The notes under the pieces were generated by a model. That model worked only from the letters and a program-made list of their open reading frames with translations. It was not told the DNA's origin and searched no databases. Shown piece after piece: positions 19,378 through 27,536 of a stretch of DNA of 64,000 nucleotides; position 1 is the stretch's first letter, and every line of letters starts with the position of its first letter. The stretch is from the NCBI GenBank assembly GCA_049510745.1, contig JBEKYR010000001.1:192001-256000 (forward strand), in the 5' to 3' direction. A program made the position numbers and the translations under genes. Origin of the DNA: Verrucomicrobiota bacterium (lineage in GTDB: Bacteria > Verrucomicrobiota > Verrucomicrobiia > Limisphaerales > Palsa-1400).

Positions 19378-20721
19378 ATGACCGCGGACGCTCCATTGCG
19401 CATCGTCCAGATCACGCCCGGCGCGGGCAAAATGTTCTGCGGCGCCTGCCTGCGCGACAACGCCCTGGTCACGGCCTTGCGGCGCCTGGGCCATGCGGCG
19501 GTGATGGTGCCGCTCTACCTTCCGCTGACGTTGGATGAAGAGGACCAGACTTCCGGCAGCCCGTACTTTTTCGGCGGCATCAACGTCTATCTGGACCAGC
19601 AATCGGCGCTCTTTCGCAAGGCCCCGGCCTGGTTGCACCGCCTCCTGGCCTCGCCCGCCCTGCTCCGGCTGGCCTCGGCCGCGGCGGGACGGACGCCGGC
19701 GGAGGAGTTGGGAGAACTGACCCTTTCCATGCTGCGCGGCGACGAGGGGAACCAGGCGCGGGAACTGGACGATTTGATCGGATGGCTGCGGGCGGAGAAC
19801 CCCGGCGTGGTGTGTTTGTCCAACGCCCTGCTCGCGGGCATGGCCCGCAAAATTCGCGCCCAACTGCGCGTGCCCGTGGTCTGCTCCTTGCAGGGGGAGG
19901 ACATTTTTCTTGACTCCCTGCCCGAACCCCATCGCCACCTGGCCTGGCGCCTGGCCGCCGAGCGGGCGGCGGAACTGGATTTGTTCATTGCGCCGAGCCG
20001 GTATTACGGCGCGCGGATGGCCGAACGCCTGAAGATTCCGCCGGAACGCCTCAAGATCGTCCCCAACGGCATCAACCTGGACGGCTACGCCGACGCCCCT
20101 CCGGCCGCCGCCAAAGGCGGCCCGCCGGTGCTGGGGTATTTTGCCAGGATGTGCCGGGAGAAGGGCCTGGACCAATTGGTCGAGGCGTTTATCCGGTTGA
20201 AGAGCCGGGATGGCCTGCGGGATTTGAAACTGCGCGTCGGCGGCAGTTGCGGCCCGATGGACCAGCCGGTGGTGGAGGCGGCGCGCCGCGCTTTGGCCGC
20301 CGCGGGCGTTTTGGGTGACGTCGAGTTTTGTCCCAATCTCTCGCGCCGCGACAAGCTGTCGTTTTTGCGGACCCTCTCGCTTTTCTCCGTGCCGGCAAAT
20401 TGCGGCGAGGCCTTCGGACTCTCTGTCATCGAAGCGATGGCCTCGGGCGTGCCGGTGGTGCAGCCGGAGCACGGGGCCTTTCCCGAACTGATCGCCGCCA
20501 CCGGCGGGGGCATCCTCTGCCGGGCCAACGACCCCGGCGCGCTGGCCGGCGCCCTCGAAACCCTCCTGCGGGCGCCGGAGCGGGCGCGCGCGCTGGGCCG
20601 GGCCGGACAAGCGGCCGTGCGCGAACGCTTCACCGTGGACATCATGGCGCGGGAAGTGGCGGCCCTTTGCCGGGAAGCCGCGCGGAATGCCTCAGTGACG
20701 GCGAAAAAAAGTAGCGCTTAA
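19378..20721 (+). CDS. Glycosyltransferase family 4; C-terminus altered by an inserted element
   Basis: VPNGI, EKG, EAFGLSVIEAMASGVPVV. Confidence 0.92.
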   Translation: MTADAPLRIVQITPGAGKMFCGACLRDNALVTALRRLGHAAVMVPLYLPLTLDEEDQTSGSPYFFGGINVYLDQQSALFRKAPAWLHRLLASPALLRLASAAAGRTPAEELGELTLSMLRGDEGNQARELDDLIGWLRAENPGVVCLSNALLAGMARKIRAQLRVPVVCSLQGEDIFLDSLPEPHRHLAWRLAAERAAELDLFIAPSRYYGARMAERLKIPPERLKIVPNGINLDGYADAPPAAAKGGPPVLGYFARMCREKGLDQLVEAFIRLKSRDGLRDLKLRVGGSCGPMDQPVVEAARRALAAAGVLGDVEFCPNLSRRDKLSFLRTLSLFSVPANCGEAFGLSVIEAMASGVPVVQPEHGAFPELIAATGGGILCRANDPGALAGALETLLRAPERARALGRAGQAAVRERFTVDIMAREVAALCREAARNASVTAKKSSA

Positions 20722-20865
20722 AAAAATTCTCATTTTGCCGTCTGCACATCTTCCTGTCTGCGCCTTTTCCTTGACAAATGGAGAGAATTTAATTTAGCAT
20801 ACCCGCATTGCGGCTTTCAATGCGGGTATGCTCAATCTCACATTTTCCGCCCTCACTGAGGCATT
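20686..20865. mobile_element. Non-autonomous MITE-like element (~180 bp)
   Basis: 23-bp terminal inverted repeats (20686-20708 / 20843-20865, 21/23 match); direct repeat AGCCGCGCGGAAT at 20676-20688 and 20868-20880; internal perfect 15-bp stem 20796-20832. Confidence 0.8.
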
Positions 20866-20921
20866 ACAGCCGCGCGGAATTTTCCCTCGTAAAATCCGGC
20901 CCCAAAATTTACATTCCGCGC

Positions 20922-21362
20922 ATGGCTTACGAATTCAAAGCAATCCGCCGGGTGGAGTTTTCCGAAACGGACATGGCCGGGCTTATGCACTTCTCCAATT
21001 ATTTCCGTTTCATGGAAACGGCCGAGCACGCCTTTTTTCGCTCGCTGGGATTGTCGGTTTTTTCCAGGCAGACGGATCCCCCGGCGGGCTGGCCGCGCGT
21101 CCATGCCGAATGCGATTACAAAACGCCGCTCCATTTCGGGGACGAAGTGGAAATCCACCTCCTGGTGCGCGAGAAAAAGCCCAAGGCCCTGAGCTATCTT
21201 TTCAAATTCCGCAAACTCAATGCCACCCCGCCGCTGGAAGTGGCCCGCGGCGTATTGACGGTCGTGTACGTCCGCCTTGAAGGCGGGATGATGAAAGCCT
21301 GCGCCATGCCCAAAAGCGCGTCGGATAAAATCCAGCTTGCGCCGCCCGAGTTGTTGCGGTGA
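20922..21362 (+). CDS. Acyl-CoA thioesterase (4HBT/YbgC hot-dog fold)
   Basis: RRVEFSETDMAGLMHFSNYFRFME. Confidence 0.9.
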   Translation: MAYEFKAIRRVEFSETDMAGLMHFSNYFRFMETAEHAFFRSLGLSVFSRQTDPPAGWPRVHAECDYKTPLHFGDEVEIHLLVREKKPKALSYLFKFRKLNATPPLEVARGVLTVVYVRLEGGMMKACAMPKSASDKIQLAPPELLR

Positions 21363-21376
21363 GAAGGCTTGACGGG

Positions 21377-22447
21377 TTACTCGAGGGACACGGCGCGGCC
21401 GCCGTACAGGGCGGAATCGCGGCAGGCGTCCATGACCTGCTGCGTTTTCAAGGCCCACATCGGCCAGTCGCCGTTGAGTTTTCCGCTGGCGACCTGCCGG
21501 GCGAAGTTGCGGAACATTTGCGAGTCCTGGGCCGGGGCGCGGCTCTCGCTGTGCTGGCCGGCGCAGTCGCAACACTTGACCCGCTCTTCGGCCCCGTTGA
21601 CCTCGATGGCAGGCTCATGGGCGCTGGCCGGATGAACAAAATCGGCCACGCGCAGATAGCCGTTCGCGCCGCCGACCTGCACCCAACCCTGATACTGGGC
21701 GCGGAAGGAACAGTAAAAACCCAGCGATGAGCCGTCGGCGAAAATCAATTCGCCGGAAAAATCGGTCGGCGCCGTCGAGGGGCTGAGACGGCTGCCCCGG
21801 GCGGAGAGGATTCTGCCCGTGACTTCGCGGGGCAGGCGCCAGTTCATCGCCCAGAGCGCGAAGCGCAGGCAATACCAGCCCAGGTCCCCCAGGCAGCCGG
21901 CCGGCTCCAGCCCGGCGTGGACCCGGATGTTGGCGTCAAAAAAACTTTCATCGGCTCCAAAACTGAAAACGGACATGATGCGCCGGATCGGCCCGATCGT
22001 TTTGCCGTCGTCGAGCAGCTCGCGCAGGCGGCGCTGCCGCGGGTTGTGCATGAACATGACGCCGTCCATGAACTGAACGCCGTTTTTTTGGCAGGCATCG
22101 GTCATTTCGCGGACATCCCCCAGGCTCAGGCCGCACGGCTTTTCGCACAGGACGTGTTTGCCCGCGGCGGCGGCGCGCAAGACCCACTCCTTGCGCAACC
22201 CGGTGGGCAACGGGATGTAAACGGCATCCACGTCCCTGCAGGCGATCAACGTCTCGTAACCGCCGAGGGCGGCGGGGGTCGATTCCGAGGGAGCCTCCCG
22301 TTGGCACTCGTCGATGAATTTCCGGCTGCGCGCCGCCTCGCGGCTGGCGACGGCGGTGACGACCGAATTGCCGCTGTCGCGAATGGCGCGCCAGTTTTGC
22401 CGGGCGATGCCGGCCGTGCTCAAGATGCCCCAGCGAAGTTTATTCAT
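21377..22447 (-). CDS. Gfo/Idh/MocA oxidoreductase
   Basis: LRWGILSTAGIA, GKHVLCEKP, GCLGDLGWY. Confidence 0.92.
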   Translation of the reverse strand: MNKLRWGILSTAGIARQNWRAIRDSGNSVVTAVASREAARSRKFIDECQREAPSESTPAALGGYETLIACRDVDAVYIPLPTGLRKEWVLRAAAAGKHVLCEKPCGLSLGDVREMTDACQKNGVQFMDGVMFMHNPRQRRLRELLDDGKTIGPIRRIMSVFSFGADESFFDANIRVHAGLEPAGCLGDLGWYCLRFALWAMNWRLPREVTGRILSARGSRLSPSTAPTDFSGELIFADGSSLGFYCSFRAQYQGWVQVGGANGYLRVADFVHPASAHEPAIEVNGAEERVKCCDCAGQHSESRAPAQDSQMFRNFARQVASGKLNGDWPMWALKTQQVMDACRDSALYGGRAVSLE

Positions 22448-22587
22448 CACGTTAGACCGCCTCAAATCTTGGGGAAGGCTGGGCCGCGGTCAAGCATTTC
22501 CTGGAGCCGTTGGTGAAGGCGGCGAACATCGAATGGTTAAGCGGGTCGGACTGGCCACGGACGGTAGCCAACGAAGAGGCATCTGAG

Positions 22588-23030
22588 ATGAAACCAGGAC
22601 GAAATCGACTCCAGTTAAGCGTGTTCAAGCGGCTTGAAGCTGGTTTGCCGCCCACGCGCTGGCAGCAGCTCCGCCTGCACATGCATCCAGCCTGGAGGCG
22701 CGGGCGCCGTTTGAATGTCCAGAGGTTATGGTTTCACGTCAAAGGGGTGTTGCGCGTTTTCTGGATGCCCTGGACCCTGTTCCGCTTCCGAAGTGTTCCG
22801 GTGCAAATCCACTCCACGTTTCTGATCTATCCAGTGGGCTTCTTCACTTGGGACAGATACGTCGAAGACGCCGGTGCAGGAGTTCTTCGGGGCATCGTTT
22901 TTCTGCTCGTGTATTCCTGTTCGCTGCTGGTGCATGAGTTCGCCCACGTTTTTACCGCCCGCCGCTGGGGAATCGCCAGCCGTTGCGTCATCCTGATTCC
23001 ATTTGGAGCTGTGGCTGAATTGGTAGGACG
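22588..23030 (+). pseudogene. Truncated site-2 protease (M50) fragment
   Basis: VPVQIHSTF, LVHEFAH (HExxH), ILIPFGAVA; resemblance ends there and the distal Asp motif (NxxPxxxLDG) is missing. Confidence 0.6.
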
Positions 23031-23143
23031 GGCATCTCGGCCACTATATTGGCCGCCATCGAGACAGCGTCCAGAACATGACTCAGAATTTCCCGCTAAA
23101 GCACCTCTCATTGATACGATAGAGAGACGTTCGCAGGCTGAAA

Positions 23144-24235
23144 TCACCTGCGATTCTCGTTCGGCCAAGTTCGCGGATCGCCATCAAACTCGGCATCAAC
23201 GACTTCGCGAATATCGCCCTCCAATGGCATGGGTTTGCCGGCCCGGATATGCACCTTGACTGGCACCCAAAGCACTGGCGACGGACCCTTCGCGGACCAA
23301 GGCAGTTCGGTGACGATCTGTTTGACCACGGCAGCGGTCCCGAAAGTCGCCGGACCGGCCAGGCCGGAAACGACCAGCCAGACGTTCCCCGCCGCCCGCC
23401 GCTGCGCGGCAATGATTCCGTGCATCGTCCATGATTGGGCCTCAACGCGTGACTCGTGCGGCGTGCCTTCGAGGATGAACGCGGAGGATTCATCGCGTTC
23501 GACGCGGGAAGCCAGTTCCGGATGGTCAGCCTGCAGTTCGCGCGGGGTGAGCCCGAAGGCGCTGTGAAATCCTTCGGCGAGCATCGGACGCCACACGAAG
23601 AAAAATGGCACCGGCCGCCCCGTCTTAAAGTGCGGGGTCTCGAACGGCTGCACCCCGAACATCCGCGCCAGCATGATTTCACTGCTCAAAGCGGCCAGCG
23701 GGGAGCCAATTGAAACCACCGACGCTTGATCGTCGTCGAGAACTCGATACCAGGATTCGGAGCGAATGGCCGCCGGATCCACCGGACTGCGCCACAACAC
23801 GTCCTCGGTATCGAACTTCCGATGCATCCCCATCTGCGAAACCTGGGTCAGCAGTTCGGTGTGCGAGCGAGTGTCCCAACGGCTGAGGTCGGTGCGGCGC
23901 TCCTCCGGTCGCGGCTTGGCTCCCAACAAGAACACCAGTCGCCGCGCGTCCACCAGCACTTCCAACACCCCCCTCGTTTCGAGGATGGGCAGATGCTGGA
24001 GACTGGCCCCGTGCTTTTTGAAATACGTATGCAGCGCCACCAGGATGTTCCAGGTCAGGCCCACTTTTTCCGGATTATCCCGGATTTTCTTGAGCATTTT
24101 GCCGCTGACGCGGCAATTGGTGCCAGCTTCCTCGTTGGCGCTTCTGATAAGTTCCGCGAGCCGGTTGATGGAGATCGCCCGCGCAGTTTCCTGCGCGATG
24201 AGCCTGCTCACGCGCAGCGGGGGTTTTGTGAACAT
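23144..24235 (-). CDS. Putative transcriptional regulator: N-terminal HTH-like region plus uncharacterised alpha/beta domain
   Basis: SINRLAELI...VSGKMLKKI resembles an XRE HTH; VSIGSP and VSGLAGPATFG in the C-domain; divergent from the operon. Confidence 0.5.
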   Translation of the reverse strand: MFTKPPLRVSRLIAQETARAISINRLAELIRSANEEAGTNCRVSGKMLKKIRDNPEKVGLTWNILVALHTYFKKHGASLQHLPILETRGVLEVLVDARRLVFLLGAKPRPEERRTDLSRWDTRSHTELLTQVSQMGMHRKFDTEDVLWRSPVDPAAIRSESWYRVLDDDQASVVSIGSPLAALSSEIMLARMFGVQPFETPHFKTGRPVPFFFVWRPMLAEGFHSAFGLTPRELQADHPELASRVERDESSAFILEGTPHESRVEAQSWTMHGIIAAQRRAAGNVWLVVSGLAGPATFGTAAVVKQIVTELPWSAKGPSPVLWVPVKVHIRAGKPMPLEGDIREVVDAEFDGDPRTWPNENRR

Positions 24236-24512
24236 GTCACCATTTCGTCACATTCCGCCCGAATTTACAAGGGCATTCGCGGCCAATTCTTGGCCGTTTG
24301 TGCATAACACGGTTGGAAATAAATAGGCCTCAATCTGCCGTAGGCACGCTCCGAAAAAGCGATAAAATGGGAAGAAGTCACAAATGAACACCACCTTGTC
24401 AAACATGGAGCCAGCATCCAGCGCCGCCCACTCTCACGCCGTCCGCCGTGTCCGTGGCAAGCGAATCGGCGCAAAAAGGAAGGCTCAAAACTGATGCAGA
24501 GTTGCCTTTGCG

Positions 24513-25115
24513 TTGCTCCCCATGCGCCCGCAAGTCAACAAACCTACTGTCGAAATCGTCGCGGCTTGGCTGGCATCGATCGGGCGAAAGATCGACCGTG
24601 CCCGGGCACTCGCCGACAAAACCGAGGAACTCCTGTATGGCATTGCTTGCGAGTTCGATGAATTGCGCCGCCAAATCTCGCCTGTTAACCCGACGATGGC
24701 GCCCAGAATCCAGAGGCGTCGTCCATTAGTCCTTGAATCTATGCCAAATGCAGGCTCCGTGACCCTGGTCGTGAGTGGCGATGGTTCTTCCGCTGTATCT
24801 ATCGACGGACGAACGGGCATTCCCCTCACTCCGCTCGTGACGGCCTTGCTCAGAGTTCTCAAGGCTGACTGTGGCTTAGTCAACGATCACTTGGTCGGCT
24901 GGAAGTCAGTCGATGTGATCCAAGCCGCGCTCAAGGAATACACCCGACAACAGCACAGCAAGGCGGCGGTCAAAGAACTTGTTTACCGCTTGCGCAACCT
25001 CCTTGACCGCCAGCCCGATAATTCCGGCCTGGTGCAGACCAACCACCGTCTGGGTTACCGTTTCGCCGTGCGGCGGCGCGCGCCTGGATCGACGACAGAA
25101 CACGACGACCAATGA
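24513..25115 (+). CDS. Winged-helix (OmpR/PhoB-type C-domain) protein without receiver domain
   Basis: LTPLVTALLRVL...AVKELVYRLRNLL...VQTNHRLGYRF; start uncertain. Confidence 0.65.
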   Translation: MLPMRPQVNKPTVEIVAAWLASIGRKIDRARALADKTEELLYGIACEFDELRRQISPVNPTMAPRIQRRRPLVLESMPNAGSVTLVVSGDGSSAVSIDGRTGIPLTPLVTALLRVLKADCGLVNDHLVGWKSVDVIQAALKEYTRQQHSKAAVKELVYRLRNLLDRQPDNSGLVQTNHRLGYRFAVRRRAPGSTTEHDDQ

Positions 25116-25133
25116 GCGAATTTCGAAATACAT

Positions 25134-25264
25134 CTGACGGTCAGTATGTGACCCGTTGTGACTGCATTGAAGTTTTGCAGCATATTCTCCAGTGGATGCA
25201 GCCCTCCGTTTGTGACCAAGCCCGAAGTTTGGCCTCTGTGACTGTGCATATGTTAAAAAGTCAC
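25134..25264 (+). promoter_or_regulatory. Cluster of TGTGAC repeats upstream of the Ubl/Pup operon
   Basis: TGTGAC at 25147, 25157, 25211, 25237; GTCAC at 25260; CTGAC-G-GTCAG at 25134. Confidence 0.5.
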
Positions 25265-25280
25265 CGGAAACGAAATTTTT

Positions 25281-25817
25281 ATGGCTCATTTCTGGATCAC
25301 TAATGGCGCGGGTGAATGGGGAGTCCACTCGCTGGCCGGGGAGAGTTGCCTGGCTGTATGTGCTGAACACAACGTGCGCTTAACAGCCCCTGCGGATCAG
25401 CCAGGTCTTGCCGAAATCCGCATCCTGCCGCCGGACCCAACTGGTGGGTCGCCGTCATGGACATTGCTGGGGGGCCGGGAGGCATCCCTGCGCGTCAACG
25501 GTCAGCCGTTGGTGCTTGGCATCCGTGCCCTGCGCGACCGCGATGAGATTTCCCTTGCTGGCCATCGATGCTTCTTTTCCACGGAAGAACTCGCACGCGT
25601 TGTGCCGTTCCCAGGGCTGGCTCAACCCGCCTATTGCCCGCGCTGCAAACAAAAAGTGGAGCCTGGGGATCCCGCCGTCGCCTGCCCCCACTGCCGGGCG
25701 TGGCATCATCAGTCGGAAAAATTTCCCTGCTGGACCTACGGCCCCACTTGTGCGCTGTGCCAACTGCACTCCACCGCACTCGACGCGGGCTATGCGTGGA
25801 CGCCGGCAATGCTGTGA
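25281..25817 (+). CDS. Degenerate FHA-like domain + prokaryotic RING finger (putative E3)
   Basis: WTLL...VNGQPL...LRDRDEI FHA-like strands; CPRC...CPHCRAWHH...CW...CALC. Confidence 0.75.
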   Translation: MAHFWITNGAGEWGVHSLAGESCLAVCAEHNVRLTAPADQPGLAEIRILPPDPTGGSPSWTLLGGREASLRVNGQPLVLGIRALRDRDEISLAGHRCFFSTEELARVVPFPGLAQPAYCPRCKQKVEPGDPAVACPHCRAWHHQSEKFPCWTYGPTCALCQLHSTALDAGYAWTPAML

Positions 25818-25818
25818 C

Positions 25819-27003
25819 ATGAAACCCAATCGCCCAGCCGATTCGCGCCAAGCTTTGCAACCCCGTTGCCTGCATGGTGGGGGCAAGCACCTCGTCGTGT
25901 TGGGCGCGGGCGGAAACATCGGTTCGCATCTGGTTCCGCTGCTGGCGCGAATGCCCGGCGTCAAGCGGCTCACGCTCGTGGACTGCGATTGCTATGAGGA
26001 GAAGAATTTGCAGTCGCAGGACATCAGGCCATCGGACATAGGCCAGGCGAAAGCCCGCCTGCAGGCCCGCCGCGCCCGGCGCATCAATCCGAAGCTTGAA
26101 GTTGTGTCCATCGTTGACCGGCTTGAAAACGTCCCGCTCGGCTGCTTGCGAGGCGACATCATCCTCGCTTGTCTTGATTCCAAGGAAAGCCGGCGGTGCG
26201 CGAATGAAATCGCGTGGCGACTGGGCGTGCCCTGGATCGATGCCGGTGTGGAGCCGAGCCTGATGCTGGCGCGGGTGAACGTCTATCTGCCGGCGGCGGA
26301 TCAACCGTGTTTGGAGTGCGCGTGGAGTGAGCGCGACTACGCCGAATTGGCCACGATCCATCCATGCGACGGCGGTGGCTCTAAAAATCCGGCGACCAAC
26401 TCGCCGGCGTGCCTTGGCGCGCTGGCCGCCGCGTTGCAGGCCATTGAATGTCAGAGACTTCTCGCCGGACAATCGGCTTTGATCGGCCGGCAGGTGCTGA
26501 TCGAGGCGGCAACGCACCGGCATTTCGTCACTGCTTTTCGCCGCAACCCCAACTGCCGCTTTGACCATGCGACTTGGAAGATTTCCTCCTGGTGCCAGAC
26601 GCCGCGGAATCTCTCCATCGGCGCGATCCTCAAGCTGGCTCGCCGATCGGGTGCTTCGGCCGCGCTTGCGTTCGGCGGCCAGCCGCTCGTTAAAAGACTT
26701 GATTGTCCGGGGTGCGGCTTCACTCGGCGCGTTTTCCGTTTGCAGCGCCGTCTCAAGCACACCGATCGAGTCTGCGATCGTTGCGGCCGCGAAATGCTTT
26801 CCGCCGGTTTCCACATGAAAACCCGGTTGTCGAACGCGGATCTGGGTCCGGGTGACGCCAGTCGTTCGCTTGCGAGTCTTGGCTTGCAGACGGGCGACGT
26901 CATTTCCTTGGGCAACGGCGCGAGCGAAGAATTCTTCGAACTGCGCCCCGGACCCGGCCCGCACCCGCAAAGAGCGAAATCAATTCAACGGAGGGATTCA
27001 TGA
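25819..27003 (+). CDS. E1-like (ThiF/MoeB family) activating enzyme with C-terminal extension
   Basis: VLGAGGNIGS, VDCDCYEEKNLQSQ, GQAKA, CLDS, WIDAG, PCLEC, candidate catalytic Cys in IHPC; extra CPGC...CDRC. Confidence 0.9.
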   Translation: MKPNRPADSRQALQPRCLHGGGKHLVVLGAGGNIGSHLVPLLARMPGVKRLTLVDCDCYEEKNLQSQDIRPSDIGQAKARLQARRARRINPKLEVVSIVDRLENVPLGCLRGDIILACLDSKESRRCANEIAWRLGVPWIDAGVEPSLMLARVNVYLPAADQPCLECAWSERDYAELATIHPCDGGGSKNPATNSPACLGALAAALQAIECQRLLAGQSALIGRQVLIEAATHRHFVTAFRRNPNCRFDHATWKISSWCQTPRNLSIGAILKLARRSGASAALAFGGQPLVKRLDCPGCGFTRRVFRLQRRLKHTDRVCDRCGREMLSAGFHMKTRLSNADLGPGDASRSLASLGLQTGDVISLGNGASEEFFELRPGPGPHPQRAKSIQRRDS

Positions 27004-27536
27004 GCGACCAGATTTACGAAGCGTTCTTGCGCCGGCAGCTTGAAGAAGGCATGGCGCTGGCCAGCGGCAGCGACGTTCTGGACCTGACGCCGCTTCCAGG
27101 CGGAGAGCCGCCTTTCCGTTATATCGCGCATTTCGAGGGCCGCCGCGGCTTGGTGCGCGACGAGCGGGGCCAAATTGTTGAGTTTGAGAAGTTCATGGTT
27201 GGAATCTGGTTTCCCGAGGACTACCTGCGCCATGTGAACATCCCGCAGGTGCTTACCTACCTCGGCCCCCATCCCGAACCGTGGCATCCCAATATTCGTC
27301 CGCCGTTCTTGTGCGCGCACATTGAGCCAGGCACCGCGCTGGTTGATATACTTTACGCGTGCTACGAAATTTGGACGTGGAACCTGTTTGCGACGGGCGA
27401 CGAGGGCTTAAACCACGCGGCGTCGCAATGGTCGCGCAAACAAGATCGCTCCCGCTTTCCAATTGACCGGCGTCCGCTCCGGCGTCGCGCCGTGGAACTC
27501 GACGTGACCCCGGCTCCGGGAAAGGAAATCGCATGA
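27000..27536 (+). CDS. E2/UBC-like conjugating enzyme
   Basis: IWFPEDY...WHPNIRPPFLC (HPN + Cys)...LNHAASQW; ATGA overlap with E1. Confidence 0.85.
   Translation: MSDQIYEAFLRRQLEEGMALASGSDVLDLTPLPGGEPPFRYIAHFEGRRGLVRDERGQIVEFEKFMVGIWFPEDYLRHVNIPQVLTYLGPHPEPWHPNIRPPFLCAHIEPGTALVDILYACYEIWTWNLFATGDEGLNHAASQWSRKQDRSRFPIDRRPLRRRAVELDVTPAPGKEIA

Noticed and set aside
368..20610. Long antisense ORFs (e.g. 368-1477, 7532-9397, 10016-11302, 18388-20610)
   Set aside because: Shadows of well-supported genes in high-GC DNA; no motifs
22510..23259. Intact 249-aa protease
   Set aside because: Distal part lacks M50 motifs and runs into the convergent gene
25408..25818. Long N-terminal extension of E1 in the ORF track
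   Set aside because: Overlaps the RING gene out of frame; ATG 25819 directly follows its stop
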